Both the position numbers and the translations under genes were made by a program. A stretch of DNA of 64,000 nucleotides, taken from the NCBI RefSeq assembly GCF_945881795.1, contig NZ_CAMCVG010000001.1:7488-71487 (forward strand), in the 5' to 3' direction. The stretch is from Rhodoferax sp. OV413 (GTDB taxonomy: Bacteria; Pseudomonadota; Gammaproteobacteria; Burkholderiales; Burkholderiaceae_C). The stretch's first letter is position 1; the number at the start of each line of letters is the position of its first letter. Of this stretch, positions 45,112-55,349 are shown in pieces. A model generated the notes under the pieces. That model was not told the DNA's origin, did no database searches, and saw nothing but the letters and a program-made list of their open reading frames with translations.

Positions 45112-46341
45112 ATGGCAAAAGAATACAAAGATCTCGTCGTCGGGCTGGACATCGGCACCGCCAAGGTCATGGCGGTGGTGGCGGAGATCATGCCCGGCGG
45201 CGAGCTCAAGCTGGCCGGCTTTGGCGTGGCGCCAAGCAACGGGCTCAAGCGAGGCGTGGTGGTCAACATCGACGCCACCGTGGCCAGCATCCAGCAGGCC
45301 CTCAAAGAAGCCGAGTTCATGGCCGACTGCAAGATCACGCGCGTCTACACCGGCATCACCGGAAGCCACATCCGCGGCCTGAACTCCAGCGGCATGGTGG
45401 CGGTGAAAGACCGCGAAGTGACCCAGGCCGATGTGGCCCGCGTGGTGGAGACTGCCAAGGCCATCAATATTTCGACCGACCAGCGCCTGCTTCTGGTGGA
45501 GCCGCAGGAATTCATCATCGACGGGCAGGACGTGCGTGAGCCCATTGGCATGAGCGGCATCCGCCTCGAGGCCAAGGTGCACATCGTGACCGGCGCCCAG
45601 AGCGCGGCGGAAAACATCATCAAGTGCGTGCGTCGCTGCGGCCTCGAAGTTGAGCAGCTCATGCTCAACCCCCTGGCCAGCAGCCTGTCAGTGCTCACCG
45701 CGGACGAGCGCGAACTCGGCGTGGCGCTGGTGGACATCGGCGCGGGCACGACGGATGTGGCCATCTTCACCAACGGCGCCATCCGCCACACCGCGGTGAT
45801 TCCGATTGCCGGGGACCTCATCACCAGCGACATCGCCATGGCGCTGCGCACCCCGACCAAGGACGCCGAAGACATCAAGGTCGAGTCGGGCCATGCCAAG
45901 CAGCTGCTGGTGGACCCCGAGATGCAGGTCGAAGTACCCGGCCTGGGCGACCGCGGCCCGCGCATGCTCAGCCGCCAGGCGCTGGCCGGCGTGATTGAGC
46001 CGCGGATAGAAGAAATCTTCTCGCTGGTGAACCAGGTCATGCGCGACTCCGGCTACGAGGAGGTGCTCTCCAGCGGCATCGTGCTCACCGGTGGCAGCTG
46101 CATCATGCCCGGCATGGTCGAGCTGGGCGAAGACATCTTCTTGAAGCCGGTGCGCCGCGGCGTTCCCAAATACAACAGCGCCCTGTCCGACATGGTGGCC
46201 CAGCCCCGCGCCGCCACGGTGATGGGCCTGCTCGAAGAGGCCCGGATTGCCCGCATGCGCGGCTACAAGGTGGCGCAGAAGTCCGGCTCCATGAAATCAG
46301 CGTTCAGTTCCGTCAAGGACTGGTTTGTAGGGAACTTTTAA
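45112..46341 (+). CDS. ftsA: Cell division protein FtsA
   Basis: 409-aa actin-like ATPase (VVGLDIGTAKV, DIGAGTTDVAIF), with a C-terminal amphipathic helix. Confidence 0.95.
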   Translation: MAKEYKDLVVGLDIGTAKVMAVVAEIMPGGELKLAGFGVAPSNGLKRGVVVNIDATVASIQQALKEAEFMADCKITRVYTGITGSHIRGLNSSGMVAVKDREVTQADVARVVETAKAINISTDQRLLLVEPQEFIIDGQDVREPIGMSGIRLEAKVHIVTGAQSAAENIIKCVRRCGLEVEQLMLNPLASSLSVLTADERELGVALVDIGAGTTDVAIFTNGAIRHTAVIPIAGDLITSDIAMALRTPTKDAEDIKVESGHAKQLLVDPEMQVEVPGLGDRGPRMLSRQALAGVIEPRIEEIFSLVNQVMRDSGYEEVLSSGIVLTGGSCIMPGMVELGEDIFLKPVRRGVPKYNSALSDMVAQPRAATVMGLLEEARIARMRGYKVAQKSGSMKSAFSSVKDWFVGNF

Positions 46342-46522
46342 TCATGCCAAACACCGCACTGAACACCTGCCCCTGCACGCTGTTGCCCCGCTTTCACTGG
46401 GGCCTGATCCGGGTCATCGTGCACCGAGGCCTGGACCCCCCGGGCCGGCCAAGCCCCCATGCAAGTCCCCCTTTGTTGGAATTAAGTCGTCGAAGAATTA
46501 TTGGAATGAGGAGATAACGAAT

Positions 46523-46846
46523 ATGCAAGCCCACATACAGGCCGAAATTCGCGATGCCAACCTGGCGTACTTGAACATGGCCCAGAACCTGATCCGTCAG
46601 GACCTGCCGTCTGCGCTGAAGATTCTGGGGATGTCGGAAGACGCCGCAGAAATCATCAAGACGCTGTCAGAGAGCCAGAAGGCCAGTATCGCTTCCAGCG
46701 ACATCCTGCTCTGCCGCTTCGGCGTCAGTGACGACGTGGTCTGGGGATTGCTCACCAGCCACCCCGCGCCCAAGCCCGAGGCCGAGCGCGCCACCCGACT
46801 GCTGGCCGACATCCTGCTCGCAGGCCGCATGACCATGGCCGCCTGA
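46523..46846 (+). CDS. FlhD-like small protein (orphan, no flhC partner adjacent)
   Basis: 107-aa ORF with RBS GAGGAGA 7 nt upstream. By-eye alignment to E. coli FlhD residues ~6-75: IRDANLAYLNMAQNLIRQDLPSALKILGMSEDAAEIIKTLSESQKASIASSDILLCRF versus [58 protein letters not shown]. Confidence 0.6.
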   Translation: MQAHIQAEIRDANLAYLNMAQNLIRQDLPSALKILGMSEDAAEIIKTLSESQKASIASSDILLCRFGVSDDVVWGLLTSHPAPKPEAERATRLLADILLAGRMTMAA

Positions 46847-46897
46847 GCTGCCACACACCCCTTTATTCAATTAGTTAGCGTTTCAAGGAGAGAGAGC

Positions 46898-48136
46898 ATG
46901 AGCATCGAAATGATCGAAGAAGAAACCTTCAACCAAGGCACACAGATCAAGGTCATCGGCGTGGGCGGCGGCGGCGGCAACGCGGTCGAGCACATGATCG
47001 TGACCGGTGTGAACGGCGTGGAATTCATCTGCGCCAACACCGACGCGCAGGCCCTGAGCCGCAGCTCGGCGCACAAGACAATTCAGCTAGGCGTCACCGG
47101 CCTTGGCGCCGGCAGCAAGCCCGACAAGGGCCGCGAAGCCGCTGAACAAGCTGAAGCCGCCATCCGCCAAGCCATCGAAGGCGCGCACATGCTCTTCATC
47201 ACCGCCGGCATGGGCGGCGGCACCGGCACCGGCGCTGCCCCCGTGATTGCCAAAGTCGCCAAAGACATGGGCATCCTGACCGTGGGCGTGGTGACCAAAC
47301 CCTTCGACTTTGAAGGCGGACGCCGCATGAGCAATGCCGAATCCGGCTTGTCGGATCTTGAAGCCAATGTGGACTCGCTCATTGTGGTGCTGAATGAAAA
47401 GCTGCTCCAAGTGTTGGACGAAGATGTGGCGCAGGAAGCCGCATTCGCCCATGCCAACGACGTGCTGAAGAACGCCGTTGGCGGGATTGCCGAAATCATC
47501 AACGTCAAGGGCGAAATCAACGCCGACTTTGAAGACGTGCGCACCGTCATGGGTGAACCCGGCAAGGCCATGATGGGCACGGCGACCGCCAGCGGCCCTG
47601 ACCGCGCCCGCATCGCCGCCGAGCAGGCAGTGGCCTGCCCGCTGCTCGAGGGCGTGGACCTCTCCGGCGCCAAGGGTGTGCTGGTGCTGATCACTGCCTG
47701 CAAGGGATCCCTGAAGCTCAAAGAATCCAAGGTGGCGATGGAGACCATCCGCGCCTGCGCATCGGCCGATGCCCATGTGATCTACGGTACCGCCAACGAC
47801 GACACGCTGGGTGACGAAATCCGCGTCACCGTGATTGCGACCGGCCTCAGCCGCAACGGCACCCGCCGCACTGCGCCCCCACTGCAGGTGCTGCGCACCG
47901 GCACCGATAACGTGCCCTTTCATGTGCCCACCATCACCGCACTGGCCAGTCCCGCAGGCGCCGGCCACAGCCTGGGCGGCGGCTCAGCAGCAGCCCAGCC
48001 CGACTACGGCAGCATGACCACCCCGAGCGTCTGGCGCCACAACCGCACCCAGGCAGCCGCCAAGGTGGACGCCCTGTCTACCGGCGGCATGGAAGACATT
48101 GAGATTCCCGCCTTCCTGCGCAAGCAGGCGGATTGA
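46898..48136 (+). CDS. ftsZ: Cell division GTPase FtsZ
   Basis: [25 protein letters not shown] tubulin signature, C-terminal [13 protein letters not shown]. 412 aa. RBS AAGGAGAG. Confidence 0.95.
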   Translation: MSIEMIEEETFNQGTQIKVIGVGGGGGNAVEHMIVTGVNGVEFICANTDAQALSRSSAHKTIQLGVTGLGAGSKPDKGREAAEQAEAAIRQAIEGAHMLFITAGMGGGTGTGAAPVIAKVAKDMGILTVGVVTKPFDFEGGRRMSNAESGLSDLEANVDSLIVVLNEKLLQVLDEDVAQEAAFAHANDVLKNAVGGIAEIINVKGEINADFEDVRTVMGEPGKAMMGTATASGPDRARIAAEQAVACPLLEGVDLSGAKGVLVLITACKGSLKLKESKVAMETIRACASADAHVIYGTANDDTLGDEIRVTVIATGLSRNGTRRTAPPLQVLRTGTDNVPFHVPTITALASPAGAGHSLGGGSAAAQPDYGSMTTPSVWRHNRTQAAAKVDALSTGGMEDIEIPAFLRKQAD

Positions 48137-48182
48137 TCGGATACGTGGTCGGGGATTTCCCGGGAACTTTTACAATCCCAAC

Positions 48183-49106
48183 GTGCTTAAACAAAGAACC
48201 CTGAAGTCCCTCACCCGCGCCGTTGGCGTGGGCCTGCACAGCGGCCAGCGTGTCGAGATCACCTTGCGGCCTGCTGCGCCGGACACCGGCATTGTGTTCA
48301 GGCGGGTGGACTTGCCGCAGGCGCCGGATATTGCGGTGTCGGCCCAGGCGGTGACCGACACCCGTCTGGCGTCGACGCTGTCGTGTGGCAACGCCAAGGT
48401 GCACACGGTGGAACACCTGATGTCAGCCTGCGCCGGCCTTGGTGTGGACAACCTGTATGTCGACATTACCGCCGAGGAGGTGCCTATCCTTGACGGCTCG
48501 GCCGCCTCGTTTGTGTTCCTGCTGCAAAGCGCGGGCATCGAGATGCAAAACGCGCCGCGGCGCTTCATCCGCATCAACCGGCCGGTGGAGGTGCGCGAGG
48601 GCGAGGGCGCTAACGCCAAGTGGGCGCGGCTCGACCCCTTTCATGGCTACAAGCTCAGCTTCGAGATCGACTTTAACCATCCCGCCGTAGATTCCACTGG
48701 ACAGCGGGTGGAGTTTGACCTGAGCACCGGCAGCTATTCGCGCGACATTGCCCGCGCCCGCACCTTCGGATTCACCAAAGACGTGGAGATGATGCGCGCC
48801 AACGGCCTGGCGCTCGGTGGCGGGCTGGACAACGCGATCGTCATGGATGACTACAAGGTCCTCAACACCGACGGACTGCGTTATGACGACGAGTTCGTGA
48901 AGCACAAAATCCTGGATGCCATGGGCGACCTCTACATCGTGGGCAAGCCCCTGCTGGCGGCCTACAGCGCGCGCCGCTCGGGCCATGCGCTCAACAACAA
49001 GCTGCTGCGCGAACTGCAGGCTCACCCCGAGGCCTGGGAGGTCGTGACCTTTGAAGACGTGCGGCAGGCGCCTCAGGGCTTTGCCCAGCCCGTGCGGGCC
49101 TGGTAA
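48183..49106 (+). CDS. lpxC: UDP-3-O-acyl-N-acetylglucosamine deacetylase
   Basis: GTG start giving (M)[23 protein letters not shown], matching the E. coli MIKQRTLKRIV N-terminus. HTVEHL, and [11 protein letters not shown]. Confidence 0.9.
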   Translation: MLKQRTLKSLTRAVGVGLHSGQRVEITLRPAAPDTGIVFRRVDLPQAPDIAVSAQAVTDTRLASTLSCGNAKVHTVEHLMSACAGLGVDNLYVDITAEEVPILDGSAASFVFLLQSAGIEMQNAPRRFIRINRPVEVREGEGANAKWARLDPFHGYKLSFEIDFNHPAVDSTGQRVEFDLSTGSYSRDIARARTFGFTKDVEMMRANGLALGGGLDNAIVMDDYKVLNTDGLRYDDEFVKHKILDAMGDLYIVGKPLLAAYSARRSGHALNNKLLRELQAHPEAWEVVTFEDVRQAPQGFAQPVRAW

Positions 49107-49147
49107 TCCAGGGCATCACCTGGCTTGCTAAAGCTGAGGGCCCGGCT

Positions 49148-49696
49148 TCAGCGGCTGCGCCCGTCGCGGTAGTGCACCTTACCGTCGCCCCCCACCCCAT
49201 TCGCGCCTGAGAGCAGCGCCATCGATTTGCCGGCGTGTGCGTGGGTAATCGCCAGGCCCAGCGCGTCGGCTGCGTCCGGCCCGGGCAGCCCGGGCAGGTT
49301 GAGCAGGCGCTTGACCATTTCCTGCACCTGATCCTTGTGGGCGCGGCCGTGGCCGGCCACCGCCTGCTTCATCTGCAGGGCGGTGTATTCAGCCACCGGC
49401 AGGTTGGCGCACACCAGCGCCGTGACCAGCGCACCACGCGCCTGCCCCAGCAGCAGGGTGGACTGCGGGTTGACGTTCACGAACACAATCTCGACCGAGG
49501 CGCAGGTGGGCTGGTAGCGCGCCACCACCTCTCCAATGCCGTCAAACAACACCTTGAGCCGTGCGGGCAGTGCGCGGGTGTCCAGGTGCTGGGTGCCGAT
49601 GGTGCCGCTGGCAACATAGCGCACGTCCGCCCCCACTACGTCCACCAGGCCGAAGCCGGTGGTACGCAAGCCGGGGTCAATGCCAAGGATTCGCAT
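49148..49696 (-). CDS. ruvC: Crossover junction endodeoxyribonuclease RuvC
   Basis: [17 protein letters not shown]-terminus, 182 aa, acidic catalytic residues conserved. Confidence 0.9.
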   Translation of the reverse strand: MRILGIDPGLRTTGFGLVDVVGADVRYVASGTIGTQHLDTRALPARLKVLFDGIGEVVARYQPTCASVEIVFVNVNPQSTLLLGQARGALVTALVCANLPVAEYTALQMKQAVAGHGRAHKDQVQEMVKRLLNLPGLPGPDAADALGLAITHAHAGKSMALLSGANGVGGDGKVHYRDGRSR

Positions 49697-49707
49697 GGAA
49701 AATAGCC

Positions 49708-50508
49708 TCAGGGGAGGCGCGCATCGCCCATCCGGGCCACGATGGTGCCGGCCCGCGCGCTCAGGTAAGCCGACTGGGGCATCTTCTCAAAGAACTTGGG
49801 GCGCGGCAGCATGACCGCCAGGCGCGCCGCCTCATAGGCGCTGAGCTGGCTAGCCGGTTTGCGGAAGTAGTGCCGCGCCGCCGCCTCTGCGCCAAACACG
49901 CCCTCGCCCCACTCCACGCTGTTGAGGTAAATCTCCAGGATGCGCTGCTTGCTGAGCAGCTGCTCCAGCAACAGGGTCAATACGAATTCCTGGCCCTTGC
50001 GCAGCAGCGTGCGCTCGCCGGACAAAAACAGGTTCTTGGCGAGCTGCTGGGTGATGGTGGATCCTCCGACTATCTTGGGTGGCTTGGCCGGCCGGCCGGA
50101 CTCTGCCAGCTTCTCTGCGCGCCGCTCGGCCTGTCGCTCCGCTTTGGCGTTCTTGGACCAGGCTTTTTCCAGGGCGTCCCAGTCGACACCGTCATGTCGG
50201 CTGAAGCCGTCGTCCTCGGAGGCGATCACGGCGCGCTTGAGCGCATCGGACATCTGTCCGTAAGCCACCCACTCCTGCCGCCACGGAAGCGCTCCGGTCT
50301 GGCTGGCCACGCGCCAGACTTCCGAACGCTGAAAGGCGGTCGATTGCGGAGCAATCACCGCCATGGCGGCGATGCGCCCCACAAAATACACCTGCAGCGC
50401 CGCAAAGGCCAGTGCAAAGAGCAGCAGCAGTCGCAGCCCGGACTGGAACATCGAGCCGGAGGGCGAACCGTAAAGCGAACGGGAAGGTGGGCGGGCTTTG
50501 GATGTCAT
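49708..50508 (-). CDS. mtgA: Monofunctional biosynthetic peptidoglycan transglycosylase
   Basis: GT51 motifs: [51 protein letters not shown]. Confidence 0.85.
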   Translation of the reverse strand: MTSKARPPSRSLYGSPSGSMFQSGLRLLLLFALAFAALQVYFVGRIAAMAVIAPQSTAFQRSEVWRVASQTGALPWRQEWVAYGQMSDALKRAVIASEDDGFSRHDGVDWDALEKAWSKNAKAERQAERRAEKLAESGRPAKPPKIVGGSTITQQLAKNLFLSGERTLLRKGQEFVLTLLLEQLLSKQRILEIYLNSVEWGEGVFGAEAAARHYFRKPASQLSAYEAARLAVMLPRPKFFEKMPQSAYLSARAGTIVARMGDARLP

Positions 50509-51368
50509 CGTGCAGACGAAGATACATCGGCTTCGAGTGTCTCATCGCGGGTGAACTTAAAGCGCGAGACCACCAGAATCTGGTCGGCCTGCCGGCGCAT
50601 GGCTGGGCTGAACCTGCCGAAGGGGCCGGCAGAGCGGGCAATCGCCTGCGCCCGCTTGTCGAGGATGGGGGTGCCCGAGCTTTGCACGATTTCGGTGTCC
50701 AGCACCCGGCCATCAAAATTGACGGTGACGATCATGGTCAGCTCGCCATAGAGCTTCTTGCCCTGGCTTTGCGGAAAGTTGTTGGTGCCCTTGTCCTCAA
50801 TCGCCTGCCGAAGCTGGTCGTAATAGACCGCGTACACCTCTTCACGCACCGCCGGGCTGACGTAGCGTTTCTTGGGCCGCGCGTTCTCCTGGTTGATGCG
50901 GCGCTCGATCTCGGCGAGCAGCTTGATGAGTTGCTGGCGTCTTTCCTCGCGCTCGGCTTCAGCCGCCTGGTCGGCTGCTTTGCGCGGGTCGGGCGGGGGC
51001 AGGGCGGCGAGCTGGCTTCTGACCTGCGCGAGCAGCAGGTTCTGCTGCGTTTGGAGACTTTTCAGCTGGCGGGCGCTTTCGTTTTCCAGCGTGTCGCCCA
51101 GATCGGTGAGCGCCGAGGGGGGCAGCGGGCTGGTGGCTCGGCCCTGAGCGGCTTCGCCTCCACCGGCCAGGCTGGTCTGCGCGATGGCCTGCGCCTTTTC
51201 GGGCTTTTCCTGGCTTTTGGTGTTGACCAGAATCACCTCCAGCGGGAGGTCTTCGAATACACGGTTGAAGGACTGCGGATCCACAAAACGGATGGTCAGC
51301 AGCATCGCATGCACCGCAATCGATACAGCCAAGGCCCATTGCAGTGTGGTCAGGCGTCGCAGGTTCAC
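50505..51368 (-). CDS. TonB C-terminal-domain family protein
   Basis: N-terminal TM (LQWALAVSIAVHAMLLTI), a Gln/Glu/Arg-rich coiled middle, and a C-terminal TonB-like fold (GELTMIVTVNFDGRVLDTEIVQSSGTPILDKRAQAIA). 4-nt overlaps with both neighbouring genes. Confidence 0.6.
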   Translation of the reverse strand: MNLRRLTTLQWALAVSIAVHAMLLTIRFVDPQSFNRVFEDLPLEVILVNTKSQEKPEKAQAIAQTSLAGGGEAAQGRATSPLPPSALTDLGDTLENESARQLKSLQTQQNLLLAQVRSQLAALPPPDPRKAADQAAEAEREERRQQLIKLLAEIERRINQENARPKKRYVSPAVREEVYAVYYDQLRQAIEDKGTNNFPQSQGKKLYGELTMIVTVNFDGRVLDTEIVQSSGTPILDKRAQAIARSAGPFGRFSPAMRRQADQILVVSRFKFTRDETLEADVSSSAR

Positions 51369-53443
51369 GGGGCGGCGGGTTCTGCGCCGGTGGCGGGCGC
51401 CTCGTTCACGTCGACGGCAATGGCCAGCGGGCCGGCCACCTCATCGTCGCCATCTTCTTCCGCGTCCGGCGCGCTATTTTGCGCATCATGGTCGGCATCA
51501 GCCGGGGTGTCCAGGCGCTCGATGACCGTGCCCTGTACGTCCAGGGTGATGAGGTCAATCTCGCCGAGCTTGACCCGCACCTTGGCGTGGCGCGGCAGGC
51601 CCTGCGCACCCAGCACCGGCAGCACCAGCGGAATGTCGTCGGCCCGCACCATGCCGTCTTTGAACAGGCTGGCGGTGAGCTCGGTCAGGCCCAGCTGCTG
51701 CACATGGCGCAGCGTCCAGAAGCGCTCCATCGCGCCCTGAAAGCCGTTGTAGGCGCTGTAGGCCGCGTCAAACGACGAGATGATGGCGAACAGCTCGGCA
51801 TCCTTGGGCTTGAAGGGGGCCACCAGCGCGGCTGTCTTGCCGTGGCGCGCGCAGGCAATGATCTGCCACTGGTTGACCAGATCGGTGTAGCGGCGCAGCG
51901 GCGAGGTGGACCAGGCGTAGCTGGGCACACCGATACCCGCGTGGGGCAGCGCCTTGGTGCCCATGCGCACCTTGACGCCCGGCGCCAGGCTGGCCTGGCT
52001 GCGGTAGATGGCGGGCACGCCCTGCTCGGCCATCCATGCGCCCCAGGTGCTGTTGGCCAGAATCATGGTCTCGGCAACGATCAAATCCAGTGGCGCGCCG
52101 CGCTGGCGGATGCTGATGCGCACGGTCTCATCGCCCTGCGGAGGCCCGTCGGGAAGTGATTCGTCGCGGTGCAGCCGGAAGTTGTAGTCCGGCCGGCTGA
52201 AGGTCTCAGGCTTGCCGCGCACCACTTCGCGCCTGGCCTTCAGATCGCGCGCCAGCCGGTGCAAAAATGATAGCTGCTCGCGCAATACCGGCAATGGCTG
52301 AGGCGTGTTTTCATGCTCAAAAGACGGGTCTTGGAGCCAGGCCTCAGTCACCACCGCATCGAGCTGGTCGTGGCGCAGGTTGTGGGCAATGGGCACCCGC
52401 TCCAGCCGGGTCTCGCTGCCCAGAATGTCCAAGCTCGCCTCGTCAAAGCGCACATACAGCGACACCGCGGGGCAGTCCCGGCCCTCCTGCAGGGTGTAGG
52501 TTTGCACCACCTCGTCAGGCAGCATGGTGATTTTGTGTCCGGGCATGTAGACAGTAGACAGGCGGGCGCGGCCCAGCACATCGACCGGGCTGCCGGGTTG
52601 CACCGCCAGCGCCGGCGCGGCAATGTGAATGCCCACGGTTACCACGCCGCTGCCCAGGCCCTGCACGCTCAGCGCGTCGTCGATTTCGGTGGTCTGGGAG
52701 TCGTCAATCGAATAGGCCTGAACCGCGGCCAGCGGCAGCGCGTCGGCAATGGCCGGCGCGGCAATGGCGGCAAAGCCGGTGCCTTTGGGAAAGTTCTCCA
52801 GCACAAAGCGCTTCCAGTGGAACTGGTAGGGCGAGGCAATCGCGCCAGCCTTTTGCAGCAACTCAAGAGGTGCGATATGGGTGGCGCGGCTGGCTTCCAC
52901 CACGGCCTTGTATTCGGGCGCGTTTTTGTCGGGCTTGAAGAGAATCTTGTAGAGCTGGTCCTGCACCGGCTGCGGGCATCTGCCGGCTGCCAGGTCGAGC
53001 GCCCATTGCGCGATTTGCTCGGCCAGCAGGCGCCTCTTTTCGATGGCGGCCAGGGCCTGGGCAATCACGTCGGCCGGGGCTTTTTTGAAGCGGCCCTTGC
53101 CCGCGCGGCGGAAGTAGTGCGGCGTCTCAAAGAGCTTGAACAGCATGCCCGCCTGTTCTGCTTGGCTGGCCTGTGCCGAAAAATAGTCCCGGGCCAGGTC
53201 GGCAAAGCCGAACTCGTCATCCGGCGCAAATTCATAGGCCATGTCCAGATCAATGGCACCGGCCTGGGCTTGCGCGGCGGCAATGAACTCCGCCGGCGCG
53301 GGCTTCTCAAACTGGATCAAAAAGTTGGCGGCCTTGACCTTGACCCGCTTGCCCGAGTCCAGCTCCACCTGCGCGGAGGCGTCAGCCTGCGAGAGCAGGC
53401 GGCCGGCCATGAATTTTCCGGCTTCTTCAAACAATAAAAACAT
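51365..53443 (-). CDS. RNB-domain exoribonuclease (RNase II family)
   Basis: 692 aa. RNB motifs: SIDDSQTTEIDDALS, AIYRSQ, HAGIGVPSYAWSTSPLRRYTDLVNQ. Acidic C-terminal tail. Confidence 0.8.
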   Translation of the reverse strand: MFLLFEEAGKFMAGRLLSQADASAQVELDSGKRVKVKAANFLIQFEKPAPAEFIAAAQAQAGAIDLDMAYEFAPDDEFGFADLARDYFSAQASQAEQAGMLFKLFETPHYFRRAGKGRFKKAPADVIAQALAAIEKRRLLAEQIAQWALDLAAGRCPQPVQDQLYKILFKPDKNAPEYKAVVEASRATHIAPLELLQKAGAIASPYQFHWKRFVLENFPKGTGFAAIAAPAIADALPLAAVQAYSIDDSQTTEIDDALSVQGLGSGVVTVGIHIAAPALAVQPGSPVDVLGRARLSTVYMPGHKITMLPDEVVQTYTLQEGRDCPAVSLYVRFDEASLDILGSETRLERVPIAHNLRHDQLDAVVTEAWLQDPSFEHENTPQPLPVLREQLSFLHRLARDLKARREVVRGKPETFSRPDYNFRLHRDESLPDGPPQGDETVRISIRQRGAPLDLIVAETMILANSTWGAWMAEQGVPAIYRSQASLAPGVKVRMGTKALPHAGIGVPSYAWSTSPLRRYTDLVNQWQIIACARHGKTAALVAPFKPKDAELFAIISSFDAAYSAYNGFQGAMERFWTLRHVQQLGLTELTASLFKDGMVRADDIPLVLPVLGAQGLPRHAKVRVKLGEIDLITLDVQGTVIERLDTPADADHDAQNSAPDAEEDGDDEVAGPLAIAVDVNEAPATGAEPAAP

Positions 53444-53500
53444 AAGTTGGATTGTCCCTGTAATTCTTGCCGGCCCTGCAGACGGCGCGCCCGTGGCGCA

Positions 53501-54130
53501 TCAGGCCGCCGCCGGCAGACCCATGAAGGCGGCGAAATCGGGCAAAAAGGCCTCAAAACCGGTGAAGGCATGGTCGCCGCCCTCGGTCACGGTGACGCTC
53601 GTGTGGGCGTAACGGGCATGCATCTCGCGCCAGTCCAATACCTCGTCGCCCTTGGCAATCAGGGTCCGGTAGCGCGCGGGCTCACGGAGGACCCCGGCCT
53701 GCAGGTCGCGCAGCTCCTGCACATAGTGGGGCAAAAAGAAAAAGCGCTCCGCGGGGGCATGCCACTGGTGGTTCTCGCCGATGTAGCGTCCCAGATCGCG
53801 CGCGGGGTCGACCGCCGGGTTGATCAGCATGGCCAGGCAACCCGTGGCCTCGGCGATGTGGGTGGCATAAAAGCCGCCCAGCGAGGAACCGACCACGGCC
53901 ATGCGGTCCCGCGGCCAGGCTGAAATTCCGTCTAATAAAAGCGTCATGGCCTCACGCGGTGAAGGCGGCAACTGGGGACACCACCAGTGCACGGCCGGGT
54001 GGTGCTGCGCCATATAGGCCGCCATCTGCCGGGCCTTGTGCGACTGCGGCGAGGAGCGAAAGCCGTGCAGGTAGAGCAGGTGGGTGATGGAAGTGCCGGT
54101 CATGGTGGGCTTGGGGATAATCGGGTCCAT
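53501..54130 (-). CDS. YqiA/YcfP-family alpha/beta hydrolase (esterase)
   Basis: LLYLHGFRSSPQSHKA, nucleophile elbow VGSSLGGFYA, C-terminal GGDHAF. An alternative start is at 54103. Confidence 0.65.
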   Translation of the reverse strand: MDPIIPKPTMTGTSITHLLYLHGFRSSPQSHKARQMAAYMAQHHPAVHWWCPQLPPSPREAMTLLLDGISAWPRDRMAVVGSSLGGFYATHIAEATGCLAMLINPAVDPARDLGRYIGENHQWHAPAERFFFLPHYVQELRDLQAGVLREPARYRTLIAKGDEVLDWREMHARYAHTSVTVTEGGDHAFTGFEAFLPDFAAFMGLPAAA

Positions 54131-55283
54131 GTCTTATCGTTTCGGAAGAGTCTCGCTGCGCAAGCGTATCGCGCCCTGGTTTGCGGGGTTTGACGGGCCG
54201 CTGGCCTTCGCGGTGTTCATGCTGGCCAGCGCGGGGCTGCTGATCATGTATTCCTCGGGCTACGACCACGGCACCCGTTTCGCCGACCATGCCCGCAACA
54301 TGCTGATCGCTGGCGCCATCATGTTTGTGGTGGCGCAGGTGCCGCCGCAGCGCCTGATGATGGTGGCCGTGCCGCTCTATATGGTGGGCGTGGCGCTCTT
54401 GATTGCGGTGGCGGTGTTCGGTATTACCAAAAAAGGCGCCCAGCGCTGGGTGAATGTGGGCGTGGTCATCCAGCCCAGTGAGATTCTCAAAATCGCGATG
54501 CCGCTGATGCTGGCCTGGTGGTTCCAGAAGCGCGAGGGGCAACTGCGGGCGCTGGACTTTGTGGTGGCCGGCGTACTGCTGGCTGTTCCGGTGGGGCTGA
54601 TCATGAAGCAGCCCGACCTGGGCACCGCCCTCTTGGTACTGGCGGCCGGTATGTCGGTGATATTTTTCGCCGGCATGAGCTGGAAGCTGGTCATCCCGCC
54701 ACTGGTCATCGGGGTGCTGGGGGTGTTTTTGCTTGTGTTCTTCGAGCCGCAGCTCTGTGCCGACGGCGCGCGCTGGCCGGTTTTGCACGACTACCAGCAG
54801 CAGCGCATCTGCACCCTGCTGGACCCCTCGCGAGACCCGCTGGGCAAGGGCTTTCACATCATTCAGGGCATGATCGCCATCGGCTCCGGCGGCGTGCTGG
54901 GCATGGGCTTTATGCAGGGAACGCAGACGCACCTGGAGTTCATTCCCGAGCGCACCACCGACTTTATTTTCGCGGCCTTTTCCGAAGAATTCGGGCTGCT
55001 GGGCAATGCTGTCCTGATCGGCGCCTTTGTGTTCCTGATCATGCGGGGGCTGGCCATTGCGCTGGAGGCACCCACCCTGTTTTCCCGACTGCTCGCGGGG
55101 GCTGCGACCATGATCTTTTTCACCTATGCGTTTGTGAACATGGGCATGGTCAGCGGCATCCTCCCGGTGGTGGGGGTTCCACTGCCGTTCATCAGTTACG
55201 GCGGCACCGCCATGGTCACGCTGGGGCTGGCTCTGGGCATTCTGTTTTCGATTTCCAATTCCAAGCGGCTGGTGCAGAGCTGA
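54129..55283 (+). CDS. rodA: Peptidoglycan glycosyltransferase RodA (SEDS)
   Basis: Aligns by eye along its whole length with E. coli RodA (GAQRWVNVGVVIQPSEILKIAMPLMLA, DPLGKGFHIIQGMIAIGSGG, TDFIFAAFSEEFGL, PVVGVPLPFISYGGTA). It is distinct from the ftsW in the dcw cluster. Confidence 0.85.
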   Translation: MSYRFGRVSLRKRIAPWFAGFDGPLAFAVFMLASAGLLIMYSSGYDHGTRFADHARNMLIAGAIMFVVAQVPPQRLMMVAVPLYMVGVALLIAVAVFGITKKGAQRWVNVGVVIQPSEILKIAMPLMLAWWFQKREGQLRALDFVVAGVLLAVPVGLIMKQPDLGTALLVLAAGMSVIFFAGMSWKLVIPPLVIGVLGVFLLVFFEPQLCADGARWPVLHDYQQQRICTLLDPSRDPLGKGFHIIQGMIAIGSGGVLGMGFMQGTQTHLEFIPERTTDFIFAAFSEEFGLLGNAVLIGAFVFLIMRGLAIALEAPTLFSRLLAGAATMIFFTYAFVNMGMVSGILPVVGVPLPFISYGGTAMVTLGLALGILFSISNSKRLVQS

Positions 55284-55349
55284 GGCGCCATCGCCTGTGC
55301 GAAGAACCGGCCGATGCAAGGGTTTGGGGCGCGGGCCTAGAATGGCTTC

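Noticed and set aside
46345-46512. 55-codon ORF (MPNTALNTCPCTLLPRFHWG...) in the ftsA-ftsZ spacer
   Set aside because: It has no RBS and a Pro/Arg-rich composition, and it ends inside the RBS region of the FlhD-like ORF. It is more likely untranslated leader or promoter DNA.
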